DNA from: Octopus sinensis
Lineage: Eukaryota
Length of the DNA: 64,000 bases
Assembly: GCF_006345805.1 (NCBI RefSeq)
Contig: NC_043002.1
Span: 53,692,001-53,756,000, forward strand
Reading direction: 5' to 3'
The notes under the pieces were generated by a model that saw only the letters and a list, made by a program, of their open reading frames with translations, was not told the DNA's origin and ran no database searches. The translations under genes and the position numbers were made by a program. Below are positions 37,194-50,175 of this stretch, piece by piece (position 1 is the first letter of the stretch; every line of letters starts with the position of its first letter).

Positions 37194-39209
37194 TTACTGC
37201 TCGAAAGTTTTTGCTTTCTCCTCCGTTGGTTTGTCCTCGAGAAGATCCCAGTACAGTTTCTTTGTGAGATATTTTTGGCATTTACCAACCGCACTGGGGA
37301 AAATGCCTTTGAGTGTGTGGTGCAGACTTTTGGAGATGTGTATTATTTTGATGTGGTCTGGTGGTGTTGTGTATGGGTGGTTGTTTGTTTTTATGTCATC
37401 TTCTGTTATGTTTGTTTTTGATTGGATGTATTCCATCAAATTTGTGTTTTTGGTGTCTATGGCTGTGAGCATGTTTGCTGTATATGTTTTTGTGGTGTTG
37501 GTGTGGCTGTTGTTTGCGTTGGGTTTTGAAATGTCTTCGGGAGATGTATTTCCCCCTGCTTTGTTCGTGTTTGCATTGGTTTGGTGTGTTTCTGCTCTTT
37601 ATTTTCCTTCTTTTTGTAGCTATTTGCCATTCCTCACTGGTTTCGTCTTCCGACGAAATTTCTGAGGAATCAGAAGGGGGTAGGGGTATGTTGTGGGCTT
37701 CTATGTATGTCTGTGTAAGTGGTTGTGTTGTTGTTTTCGTTGTTGTTGTTTTCGTTGTTGTTGGTTGTTGAGTGTTTGTGTGTGTTGAGTGCGGTATAAG
37801 GGATGGGGGATCAGTTTGTGTGTGTTTTCTTTGTTTTTCTGTTCCTTTGGGTTTTGCTGTTGATGGTAGTGTTGGTATTTTTCCAGGTGTCGAGTGGTTT
37901 TTGGTTGGTGACGGATTAGCTTGGTGTGCTTCTCTTGTCGTCTTCTGTGTTGATGGTGGTGTGGGTAGTAGAGCTTTTTTTCCGGAGTGCTTTGGTTGTG
38001 GTAGTGGTTGTTGTTGTTGCTCTTGGTGTGCAGTGGTTGGGCACGTCTTTTTCAAGTGTGTTTCGCTTCCACACAAATAGCAGCGTGGTCGCCTGCCCTC
38101 TACCACTATATAGAGTTTGTAGCCTCCTGGCAGTTCTATAGCGGTGGGTATCTTCTCTCTTGCTGCTTCATCCAATTGAAGCAGGAATTCGATTGATTTG
38201 CCCACATAGTCTTTCTCTCCTAGAACCGCGATTTCCAGGATGTTTGTCTCTCTGACATTGTCTCTGACATTTCAAAGCAGATGGCAGAGACCACCATTGT
38301 GTTTCGACATCAAATGGTATGTTTTTTATTTGGACTTTCGTGACCCTTTTGTTTAAATAGACTGGTATCATTACCAAGTCGTCCGAATGTAGCTCCAATG
38401 TGGAAAAACGTTTTGCTAAACTTTCGTTGAGGAAACGTACTTGGACTGTACCAAATTTGTTTCCCCAACTGATATATTCCTTGGAGTCCCATACAGGACG
38501 AAGGCATTTATCGATTTTTTCCTGCGGTGCACTTTCTGTTCTTCTTGTTTTTTTGTTTATTACTTTATAAATTATTGTTTTTTTTTGCGTGTTTTCCACG
38601 ATGTGTTGTGGAATATGAAGGTGCAATTTGTCTCCTTCTTTGGAGAAGAGTGCCTTTGTGCGGTTTATCTCTTGTGTGGTGAATGTTACAATTGTTCTTT
38701 TTGTTTTGTTACGTCCGCAAAATTCGTTTTGAATTTGGCAGTAGAAGTGTTAATTGTGGCAGTGTTAATTGAAGTCATGGTAGTGGTGTTGGTGTTGGCG
38801 GTATTAGCAGCAGAAGGCTTGGATGTAGCATTTGACGTCGTAGTAGTGGTGTTGGTGTTGGCGGTGTTGTCTTTGGTAGCGGCTTTGTGCCAATTTCGTT
38901 GTTGTTGTTGTTGGTGGTGATGGTGGTGGTGCTGGCATTCATGTTTTCGTTTGTATTCATTTTTGAAATCCCTTTCTCTGTCCCTTTATCATCAACAAGT
39001 GGTGTCGGGAGTGAGGGGAAATCTAAGTTAATGTCTTTGGTCGCGGCGATGGTGAATGCGACGTTAGATTTGTTGTTGTTGTTGTTGGTGGTGGTGATGG
39101 TGGTGACAGCGGTGTTCACGCTGCGATGTTTAGCAGCTAGTGGTAGCAATAGTGTTTTGCTACCGTTCTGCATGACTGGCGGGCTAGCCACGTGGTTTCT
39201 AGTTGCCAT
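37194..39209 (-). CDS. Tx1 ORF1 nucleic-acid-binding protein with T/N-rich N-terminus and CCHC knuckle (~673 aa after repairing six -1 frameshifts)
   Basis: ATG at 39209 (MATRNHVASPP). RRM-like FGTVQVRF...KVQIKNIP segment and CYLCGSETHLKKTC knuckle. Stop 31 nt before the ORF2 ATG. Confidence 0.85.
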
Positions 39210-39220
39210 TTTCAAAATGA

Positions 39221-39254
<34 letters not shown>

Positions 39255-39260
39255 GGATAG
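39221..39260. repeat. (GATA)n tract at the 5' flank of the Tx1 element
   Basis: atagatagat...agatggatag. Confidence 0.95.
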
Positions 39261-39779
39261 GAGTAAAATATCACAAATGAAAAAAAAGTAAGTGTAAAGG
39301 GACAATTGGAAAACGTTAGAAGTTATGTAGACAAAAATTAAATATCTGGTGGACCAAAAGTAAGCATAATAAATATAATGAAAAAATGTTGGGTACTGAG
39401 AACTGTACACCAAATCCTGAAGAAAGAAATGTAGACAGACCTTTCGGTTTAAGCTTTTACAAAAGTAAATCAAAAGAGAAATAGACAAGTGAAAAAAACA
39501 TGAGAAACGGTACCTTTAAAGCAAATGTATAACTTTCATACACGCACACACACACACACACACCACACACACATGTATATATATATATAATGTGTAGTAT
39601 GTATGTGTATGTATAGGGTAGAAAATATTTTAGTAGGGAAAAACACATGGTGGACGTATATAGAGAAGGCGAAAATATGAAAATGCACAGATTTGTTTAA
39701 CAGGATTTAAGAATATAATTAGAGCCATGATAATATAGTTATTATATAATTTTGTACAAAATAAGGTTTTGTTTTTTTC

Positions 39780-40320
39780 AACATAAATGAAGTAATGAGC
39801 GGTCTCGTATTGCTCATCAAACTGAGAGTTGAAAGAGATAAATTGCTTGGGGGAAAATGTTGCTGGGGAGATAATTGTTCACTCATTTATTTTGCAGTAA
39901 AGGGAAGGCAAATCTTTGATTTTCATTTTTCTTATGTGTTCTCTACTTTATTCCAGCTTATATCTTTCATTAGATGAAGTAAGTCCTTTATTTTTAATAT
40001 CGGTTCATATTTAATCCCGGTTTATACTTTTGGATAAATGAGGCTTTTTTTTCAGTTTTACTTGTGTTGTGGTCCAGAAGGCAAGCTGATAAACTGGGAA
40101 AATTACGAATTGTTGTTGTATTCGTTCTTCACATTCGTCAATGTGTTGATTGAGGTATATTTGGTAATATTGTGGGGTAGATATTTGTTGTCTGTGGACA
40201 GTATATCTTCTTCGGATTGTATTTCCTGTTGAGCCAAAATAGTTTCCATGGTAGCCCGAGCATCGGATTACGTAAATGAGGTTTTGGGAAACACGAGTGA
40301 GGTTAGATGCCATTACTCTT
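39780..40320 (-). mobile_element. Penelope-like GIY-YIG endonuclease fragment with decayed hammerhead (~39790-39825)
   Basis: SQNLIYVIRCSGYHGNYFGSTGNTIRRRYTVHRQQI...LNQHIDECE...FVIFPVYQL. Downstream agt TTGATGA GCAATAC GAGA CCGC TC att. Confidence 0.75.
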
Positions 40321-40419
40321 TTAACTGTTTTCTTTCTTCTCTCTTTCTTCCTCTCATTTTCCCGTCCTCTCATCATTTTCACCTATCTCCTCACTCTAAT
40401 CTTATATACGTCTCCCCCT

Positions 40420-40835
40420 CCATCTATCCACAAATATTACCAATACATTCTCAAATTTTCATTCACACCACATAACCCCTTCGAATGGATAACACAGAAA
40501 CCAAGGTTCCATACTTTGAAATGACTAAACATGAACTACTCTCGGAAATTACATACAATGTACAGGAAACTTTTTTTACCACTTCTATACACCATTTTCC
40601 TCGAATAATGAAACTACAACTACAATATTTTATGTTATTTCTACATTTATTCACTTATTTCCTTCTATTTTCTCTATAACCTCCTCCACAAGAATTCCTC
40701 ATTTCGAACACAAACATTTGCCTCTCTCACATAGCCGCTGAAGAAGGGACATCTATAGTATCCCAGACTATATCTCTATCCTTATAAATGTCCTGAAAAC
40801 TCCCCAGAGCCATGACTTTGTTATCTGTTTTAGTC
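40420..40835 (+). mobile_element. Penelope-like 3' terminal region with decayed hammerhead (~40733-40780)
   Basis: CTGAAGA A GGGAC...TCCC agactatatc, with the GAAA box mutated. Ends at (AT)n. Confidence 0.45.
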
Positions 40836-40836
40836 T

Positions 40837-40913
<77 letters not shown>

Positions 40914-41395
40914 GTATGAATCTATGTATGTATGTATCTATGTATGTATGTATGCATGTATGTATAAACTTGCAGTTACTTATATATGTATACATACATA
41001 TATATATATAATATATATATATATTATATATATATATATATATATACATGTATTATATATGTGTGTGTCTGTAAACTAATTTGGGGCAATACATTGATGT
41101 TAACATTGTTGTTTTGTGTTTTTTCCCGCTTCAGTGTAGCTTGTGTTTTGTTCCTTTACGTCAGGTAATTAGCAGTCCGAAAGAATATGTACTTTTACAC
41201 AGACTCGCAGATGCATAGACAAACACATATGCACATATTATATATAAATATATATTCACATACATGTATACGTGTGTTTCTTTGTGCGTGTGTATGTGTA
41301 GGTATGAGTGTATGAGTGTGTGTATGTGAGGTATGTGTGTATGCATTTGTGAGTGTATGTTTAGGTATGAGTCTGTGAAGATATGAATATGTATA

Positions 41396-41471
<76 letters not shown>

Positions 41472-41787
41472 CATGTATGTATACATATATATGTGTGTGT
41501 ATGCGCTGCATATCGATATAAATTTTTTCAAGTCTTTTACTCTCTCTTTTCTCCTCTTTAATTAATTTATTTTTCCTTTTTCTTCTTTCCTGACTGTCCA
41601 GTAAATAATAAATGTGTGAAAGAGGCTTATATACTGAATACAGAGAAAGCGATGCTTATTCTCGTTTCTATGAGAACCTCGTGTCAATATAATGAAATGT
41701 TTATATCGCAATGGATGCTAACCCCTTAAGACTGTCTAGAGACACTGCTTTGATTAATATACAATGAGATCGAACAGATCAATCGAT

Positions 41788-41837
<50 letters not shown>

Positions 41838-42173
41838 AGATTATGTACGTATCTATCTCTATATATATGTGTGTGTATATATAGAGGGACAGAGAGAGAA
41901 AGAGAAGGAGGAAAGTGCGAGAGAAAGATTTCATAGATAAAACGTTATACCTAACGGGCAAGACACTTATGTGAGGGGGAAAATTCAATACACACACACA
42001 CATATATATTTAGAGAGATGCAGAGAGAGAAAAAGAGGGAGATGTGTGTGTGTGTGTGCAACTATGTGTGTTCAACTATACATATTCAACTACATGTGTG
42101 TGTGCATGTACGTGTTTGTGTGCGTGTGTTTGTGAACATACACGTATACTTCGATTTATATATGGATATTTAA

Positions 42174-42205
<32 letters not shown>

Positions 42206-42269
42206 CACACATATACATATATATATGTATATATACATATATATAATATATATACATATATATAATATA

Positions 42270-42300
<31 letters not shown>

Positions 42301-42301
<1 letters not shown>

Positions 42302-42526
42302 CAGATATACATACATATACATATATATATATATATATATAATATATATACATATATATATATATATATATGCATAGGTATATATCGATATGTTTATATA
42401 TATACGCATACATATATATTTCTGTATATATACACATAAACATACATAAATATATATATAGGTATGTATATGTATACATACACACACACGTATATATATA
42501 TATATATATATAATATATATATATAT

Positions 42527-42576
<50 letters not shown>

Positions 42577-42748
42577 ACACACATACATATGCAGTAGAGC
42601 GATAGGAAGGTCTTAGTATGAATCATAACCATAGGCATGTCTGCATCAAGATATCTCTAAAAACTTTCAGAAGAAAATTGGAACGATTTACATATACTTA
42701 TACTCATACATACATACATACATGCATACATATATATAATATATATAC

Positions 42749-42792
<44 letters not shown>

Positions 42793-42979
42793 TATACATA
42801 CATATACATATATATATATATAATATATATATATTATATATACATATATATATATATATATGCATAGGTATATATCGATATGTTATATATATACGCATAC
42901 ATATATATTTCTGTATATATACACATAAACATACATAAATATATATATAGGTATGTATATGTATACATACACACCACAC

Positions 42980-43051
<72 letters not shown>

Positions 43052-43199
43052 ACACACATACATATGCAGTAGAGCGATAGGAAGGTCTTAGTATGAATCA
43101 TAACCATAGGCATGTCTGCATCAAGATATCTCTAAAAACTTTCAGAAGAAAATTGGAACGATTTACATATACTTATACTCATACATACATACATACATG

Positions 43200-43206
<7 letters not shown>
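42301..43206. repeat. Tandem duplication, period ~475 bp, microsatellite-bounded
   Basis: Unique block gcagtagagcgataggaaggtc...catacatgcatac is identical at 42591 and 43066. Confidence 0.95.
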
Positions 43207-43239
<33 letters not shown>

Positions 43240-43984
43240 AGTATAGTACTTACATACATATATACGCACACATATCCAAAGCGATAGAGAATCCTTCAAA
43301 CTGTTAAAGATACATTGCATACGCAATTTATTTGTTGTATATGCGCAGGCTTTTTATTTTTATTTATTTCTGTCTAGCTGTTACAGCTGTAACATCACAT
43401 GACTAAAATAAATAATAACAGGAGAATAAAACATAGAAACGGACACCAGACACTTTTATTCTAACTTAATAGAAGACCGGACCACAGAAATAGAATGTAG
43501 CTGTACGTCGCGTTGTGCGCTTAAATGAAGGAACAGCTGCAAATAAAACCAGAATAGATGTGTTTTAGAAGTTGCAATACACCATGTCATTAACTGAACA
43601 ACATAGATGTTATTACCATACCTGTTCAGTGCTGAACATTACTATATGTAACGTACTCTACATAACAAATCTTAATATACTGTGACTTAGGCATAGTTCT
43701 TCTGTATACTGAAAATATTCACATAAGCTCAGTGATATACTGATATCTACTGTTCAACATGCAAAGACACGCACGCACATAAACACACATTCTTAGACTA
43801 ATTCGTAAAGCTTAGTGAAACGACATGTATACTAGTAACGCGTAATTGTACAACAGCGTGAGTAGAAGCAATAAAAGACTGAGAAAAAAAAATCAAAAGG
43901 CTGGCAAAATAGCGATGAAGCTTTCACGTAATCGAGGCAGATGTTTATATTTTCAAGCTTAAGTGGCTGCATGTGTGTGTGTGT

Positions 43985-44280
43985 GTGTTTATTTATATAC
44001 ATCGAGGCAATCCGTCGGTGACGACGACGAGGTTTCCAGTTTTTCCGATCAACGGAACAGCCTGTTCGTGAAATTAACGTGCACGTGGCTGAGCACATAT
44101 ATATATGTGTGTGTGTGTGTATGTGTGTGTGTGTTTCTGTGTATGTGTGCGTGTGCGTGTGTACACACACACTCACACGCACACACGCACACATACACAC
44201 ACACACATATATACACCACTGGCTGTGCTCCACTATGGTCACAGTCTTGGTGCTGAAACGTAAAAGAATAAAAGAATATA
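43985..44280 (+). mobile_element. SINE remnant ending in the family B-type tail
   Basis: Tail ggctgtgctccactatggtcacagtcttggtgctgaaacgtaaaagaataaaaga at 44221-44278. Confidence 0.55.
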
Positions 44281-45989
44281 TATATATATATTCACATAAA
44301 TGCACATACATACATACATACATACATACATACATACATACATACATACATACCCCCATGCATACTTCGCGCACACACAGTCATACAGACACATAAATAC
44401 ATACATGCATGTGTATGTGTGTGTGTGTGCATGTATGTTTGTTTGTACGGATGGATGTGTGTAAATGTAATTCTTATTGCAGTCATTTCTCCTTAATTCA
44501 GCATCAGCTCTGACGTAATTTAGAATAAAGGAAAAACCCTCATCACAGACCTCCTAAACGCGTCTATTACATATGATTTTCATACATACTATCTCAAGAA
44601 TCCTTTAGCCTCATATGTTCTTCCTTTGTTAAGAAAGTATGATCTGAATGTGAAAAGGCTACTATTACTAACAGTTCGTTTGAAAACATAATTGATCTGT
44701 CGTTGGCTCCAGCTTGTTTTATGTACATGTAGAGAAATAAGAAAACGCGTTTTAATGATATATACACTTTAAATGCATCAATATTTTAATTAGATTTCTA
44801 TTTTTCTTTTTCAGTTATAATTAAAGGAAGTGCAGCCAACCGTGCCAGAATATGTATCAATAGTAACTTGTATCGTTAAGCATTTTTGCAGAGTTACTGG
44901 AAAGACTTTAATGCTGTTTCGCTGAAAATAGCATAAGCGTAGCAATGGTTTAAACCAGGAATTACGTTACCATCATTTGCGTTTTCTGTTTATTTCTCCC
45001 GATCATTGACTGCCTGCTGCTATCAGTAACTAATAATAAAAAGGAATGTAATTCTACTCACAAGTATATGTTGCATGAAATTACTGCTCAATAAAATACG
45101 CTACTTCAAAGCTTACAATGGAGAACATCAGGAAACATTATGTTAACTCAGTTACAAATGAATACTTTCGATATATCATAATGTTACATAAATTAGTTTG
45201 TAAATATTCTGTAAGGCAACGTAAAAAAATAATTAAAACTATTATTTTTGTGTCTCGTTTGTTATAGACACTATACATTTTTATCGCCACTCTTGATAGC
45301 ACGTAAATATTAAACACGAGATTTGACATTCATGCGTAAATGTGTGCAACGAGTTGAGAATGTTTACGTTCTCATTGCTCGTGATTGATATCCATAGTTA
45401 AAGTAACTTGGTTTACGAGGAAGACTATTCATTTCGAACAAATGATGAAATTATGGTAGGTAAACTAGTGCTGTCACAAATCATGTCCTCTTGACATCAA
45501 CATGTATTTTTCATATGTAGCCGAGAATCTAAATCCTACTTGAGCTGTCAACTACATAAAAATGTATTTTGTCACCGATATTTATGAGAGAATCTGAGTA
45601 GTATTTTTCTCCTTGTTTCATTTTCCGTTTCTGTTTTGTCATTTATCTTCTATGCTCTTGTAAAAAGCATGAATATGATTGCTATAATTTTCCTCCACAT
45701 TTTTCCAAGTTTAAAGCCGGTAACTCTAATGATCTATTAGCTTATAAATAGTCAATCACAAAATAATTGGTTTCTATTATTTGCTGTGTGAGTGACGGCA
45801 AGAGAGGGTAGCAGAAAGAGGAAAAATTGCAAGGACAAACTATAAAAACAGGGGTGGTTTGCGTAAAATGCATTATAAAAATAATACTGTATGGAAAAGA
45901 AATATATACAAAAGGTATTAAATGATGTGTTATAACTTTGAAATACCGGAATTCGGTTTATGACAAGGTTAGCACTTTGAAATACAGGT

Positions 45990-46110
45990 ACTATTCATTT
46001 TGCCAGCTGAGTGGACCGGAATAACGTGAAGTAAAGGACACAATACGTCGCCGGGAATTGAACTCACTACCTTACGATCGAATGCCCTAACCACTAAGCC
46101 ACGTACCTTC
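45990..46110 (-). mobile_element. Family C SINE head fragment
   Basis: gccagctgagtggaccgga...gggaattgaactcactaccttacgatc...ctaaccactaagccacg. Confidence 0.65.
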
Positions 46111-46131
46111 ACATACATTATATAAGATATA

Positions 46132-46187
<56 letters not shown>

Positions 46188-46333
46188 TTGTATGTATGTA
46201 TATTTATGTGCGTGTATGTATATATATGTATAAATAAATATGCATACACATAGCTCTACAGATATTCACACACATATATATGTGTGTATGCATATCTATA
46301 TCTATATATATATATATACATATACCCCCCCCC

Positions 46334-46392
<59 letters not shown>

Positions 46393-47061
46393 GCGTACAT
46401 ATACGTACTTCATATATAAGTGATAAAAAATTATATGCATGTATGTATATATGTGCATCTATTTCAGGAAACTATTAGCCATGGAAATAATCTTTTTATG
46501 GATTTTCTTCACGGTTAAAGTATAACCTCGCTGAATGCTACACTTTGAAGGCCAGGTCTCTAGCTAGCCGTTGATACATATATGTGAGGTTCTTGTCTAG
46601 TTGCTGCGTTGTATATTACAGAAAATTATTACTAGAACTAACGCAATGATAACTAAAATAAAAACTGAATAAAAGCATGGCGCCTGACTTTTCCAGATAT
46701 GCTAATACGAAGACAGCAGCAAGAAGATAGACAAAAGAAATAAATTTAAATCTTTTTCCGAAGCTATTTTTTTTTCAGCCCCGTCATAACTACTCCCACG
46801 TCAAATAGACTATCGATATATCGATATTGGAAAGAAACATAAACAGATGTACTGCACAACGAATAGCTGATACAAAGAATAATCAGCCATGCGGACAATA
46901 CAAAAATAATCAGGAATCCGACCGACGGTGTTAGAAATCGATGCCGTAAAAAGTGGGGATTGCAATTTATTAGGTGACGCTGTAAACAGGAGAAAGTGTG
47001 GTAATGATATTCATAATTATCGTAGTAATTATAAAGTGACAGTAATATTATTGTTGGTGTT

Positions 47062-47240
47062 AAGGCGGCGAGCTGGAATTCGTCCATCTTATGTTCTGGG
47101 TTTAAATTCCTCTAAGGTCGACTTTGCCTTTCATCATTTCGATATCGATAAAATAAATACCAGTTGAGTATTGGGGTCGATGTAATCGACTTCCCTCTCC
47201 TTCGAAATTTCTGGCCTAGTGCCAAAAATTTGAAACCTAC
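47062..47240 (+). mobile_element. Family A SINE
   Basis: aaggcggcgagctgg...gtcgactttgcctttcatc...ggggtcgatgtaatcgact. Confidence 0.75.
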
Positions 47241-47844
47241 ATTACTGTTAGTGTTTCAGTCAGAGCTACCAGAAACGGTAGCTTGTCGGACAAAATGTTT
47301 AGCGTCATTTCTTCCGAATTTTTATGTTTAGCTCCCACCAAGAACGACTTCGTCTTTCGTCTTTTTAAAGTCAATAAAATACACTACAAGTCAAGGTATT
47401 TAACTCCTATCAAACTGTTGGCCTTGTGCCAAAATTAGAAATAATATTACCGTTAGCGTTGAGCCTAACAGTCTTAATGGTATATTGCCATTTCCAAATA
47501 CCTTGTTTTTTTAGTAGCAAATCTGGCCTTTGATATAAATGGAATATTACAAAACTCCATAGCAATATGATAAGAAACTGATGAAACCTGTATTAACAAA
47601 TTCTTAGAATACGTGTATTATTCTAAAGTAAATCCCATGAAAAACACAGATTTAAGAAAAACAACAAATCCAAGGAGTAATTTACAGAGGAAGATAACGA
47701 ATCCCATTGTTACTCATTTGTGTATCCCAGTTAAATCATTTACTGTTTGTTGGGGTACTAAAAAAATATAATATGTAGGTTGCATAGATTATCTAATAAC
47801 AAAACATTGAATAAGCCATCACAGAATTGACAAATATATATAGA

Positions 47845-48220
47845 CCAGCAAAACGCCTCCCCCGCGTCCGTTCAATGGACGGTGCTGAGTTGCCAAATAT
47901 TTAAGCCAAATTTTCTCAAAACGACCGTCCCACTGATTTAACCTACATTTGACACACCAGCAAAAGAAGAAATAAAGATAGCCTTTTTTTTATATTCCAA
48001 AGAAAAACGATTTTATTCTCACAAATATGCACGTTTCCACGGCTTTATCGATCGCATTCTCACCTGGAATCAATTTTTGTAATTTGTTCAAGACTTATAC
48101 CCTCCCTGATACCGTCGGTATCTACATATCAAATTTGAGCGCAATCGGTTGGAGGATGCTCTAGATCCTAGAAGACACACACACACACACACACAGACAG
48201 AACGGATTTTATATAATAGA
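47845..48220 (-). mobile_element. Non-autonomous Helitron, 376 bp
   Basis: A|TCtattatataaaatccgttctgtctg(tg)n 5' end, subterminal hairpin ccgtccattgaacggacg, and 3' CTGG|T (CTAG variant). Confidence 0.7.
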
Positions 48221-49784
48221 TAAAACAAGTAATATAACCCAGCTGACGTTATATGAACGCTCTTCTCCTTAATCTGTACATAATTGTACCTTCTTCCTTT
48301 GTTTTTTTTTTTCAAAATCCCTATCAGTTGCCCATTGGTTATTTCAAAAGAAATTAGCTGTATACAGTTACAAGCTGAGATGAGCTTCTCTTCAGACATT
48401 TTATCTTCCGGTTTATATGTTTCGATACTAGAATTTAATCAGTTGTTTATTCAATTTTTCCACTGTCTCCGACAGTTGACGCGTTTTCTACTGTCATAGC
48501 AAGACGATAGACTGGTACTATAGTTTGTAGGGAAGAACGGAAATCTTCGTTGTTGGTTCCATATATTAAGACTAGGTGAATATCTTTCGCTACCCTAGGA
48601 ATTTCTTTCCAAGCGGCAACTGGTGGATCCCTAAAACAATTTTTGAGACCTTTTGCAGTTTCTACTATCTCTGATGATTTTCGCTTGCTCTGTCTCTGCA
48701 TTTCCAACTCCTCAAGACAGACATACTCGAAGACTTATTGATACACATGAAACAGATGTGTGTTTTACTCAGTGCGACCAGTTTTATTGTTTTTTCTTCT
48801 GTAATTTTGTTGTGTCTGTCTACCTTAAAATTCTGTTTGTTATATTTTTTTCATATGCATTTTCATATTTTCGAAAATTATTTCGCTTTTGTAAGCGTGA
48901 CTAGAGCACAGTTTCTAGCGTCTCTAGTCGAACATATGCTGAATCGAATGTAAACAAAAGAACTTAGGACAATGAATTATTGTCTAAAATACAACTTGTT
49001 TACTTCCGATACATATTGGGATTCTGTCTATCGTAGGCATTATAACAAAAGCTTCAAAGTACCCTATTTGTGACATTATCCTGTAAAACTTGGTCCTAAT
49101 CAGATTTTCTGTGAGCTTTCTGAACAGACGTCCGTTTCTGTTAAAATAAAACAATAACCTCAAAAACAATAACAGCATCAATAACAACAATGACGAAAAC
49201 AAAAACAACAAATATCCATTTTCGATGTGTTACACGTTCCGGGTGTCATTAAAGGTTAATTCATTCCTTTTCGAAAAATATCAATGAACATCTGCAGGAA
49301 TTTTTATAAAGTTTTCACACTTGCAATGAGTTATAATATAACTAATTAGATTAAAATATTTCAAACAGATTTGCACACGACACTTCGGGATTCATATTTC
49401 ACTCGATGCTTTTTCTTTTTGCTTTGTATTACTTTATAAAGACTTCATGAATGTTATCTACTTATTTTATTTACCTGATATGATCCTTATTTCTTTCCAC
49501 TTCTCTACGTTACACTGTATTCATTTTATTTTAATCTCTCTTGGATTTAAATTTTTCTGTTAATCACTTTTCAACTCCTTGTTTCAGCACTTACATCACT
49601 CTCCTAATCCCTTGTACTATATTGTGCATACTTGTTGCGTTTCCCTCGGTGTTATCTCCCCATAATTTCGTTTCTTTCTCTTTCGACGCCTCCATCTATC
49701 TGGATGGTGTCGTATATATATATACACACATATAGACACACACACACACAAACACACACACCCTCATCTCTGTCACTCTCTCTC

Positions 49785-49866
<82 letters not shown>

Positions 49867-49868
49867 TA

Positions 49869-49898
<30 letters not shown>

Positions 49899-49899
<1 letters not shown>

Positions 49900-50045
49900 G
49901 GAGTAAACACATAAATGTGAAACAAGGTGGAAAAAAAGAGTACTCAAATAGCAGTGGTAGAGTAATATGCTTTATTTAAAGCAGCAGAAATCAACAATTC
50001 TGTTACTCTGAGTTTCTCGTTGCGTTCATCAGACAGTTTTTGTTA
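49899..50045 (-). mobile_element. Penelope-type terminal repeat between two (AT)n tracts
   Basis: Contains a hammerhead motif followed by AATAAA and ends at (AT)n. Confidence 0.55.
50000..50036 (-). ncRNA. Minimal type-I hammerhead ribozyme motif
   Basis: ctgt CTGATGA ACG caa CGA GAAA CTC a GAG TA acag. Full core and 4-bp stem I. Stem II base is A.A. Confidence 0.65.
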
Positions 50046-50079
50046 GAATATATATATATATAGAATATATAATATATAT

Positions 50080-50149
<70 letters not shown>

Positions 50150-50175
50150 CAATAGAATATATATATATATATATA

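Larger units (their letters stand above)
33321..39220 (-). mobile_element. Full-length Tx1/L1-clade non-LTR retrotransposon (~5.9 kb) inserted in (GATA)n
   Basis: Two ORFs (CCHC ORF1; APE-RT-zinc finger ORF2), T-rich 3' UTR with AATAAA at 33327-33332, and (TATC)n on both flanks. Confidence 0.95.

Noticed and set aside
44790-44870. Strong polypyrimidine-CAG acceptor followed by IIKGSAANRARI
   Set aside because: Only a weak donor, no recognisable protein and no partner exons; insufficient to call a host exon.
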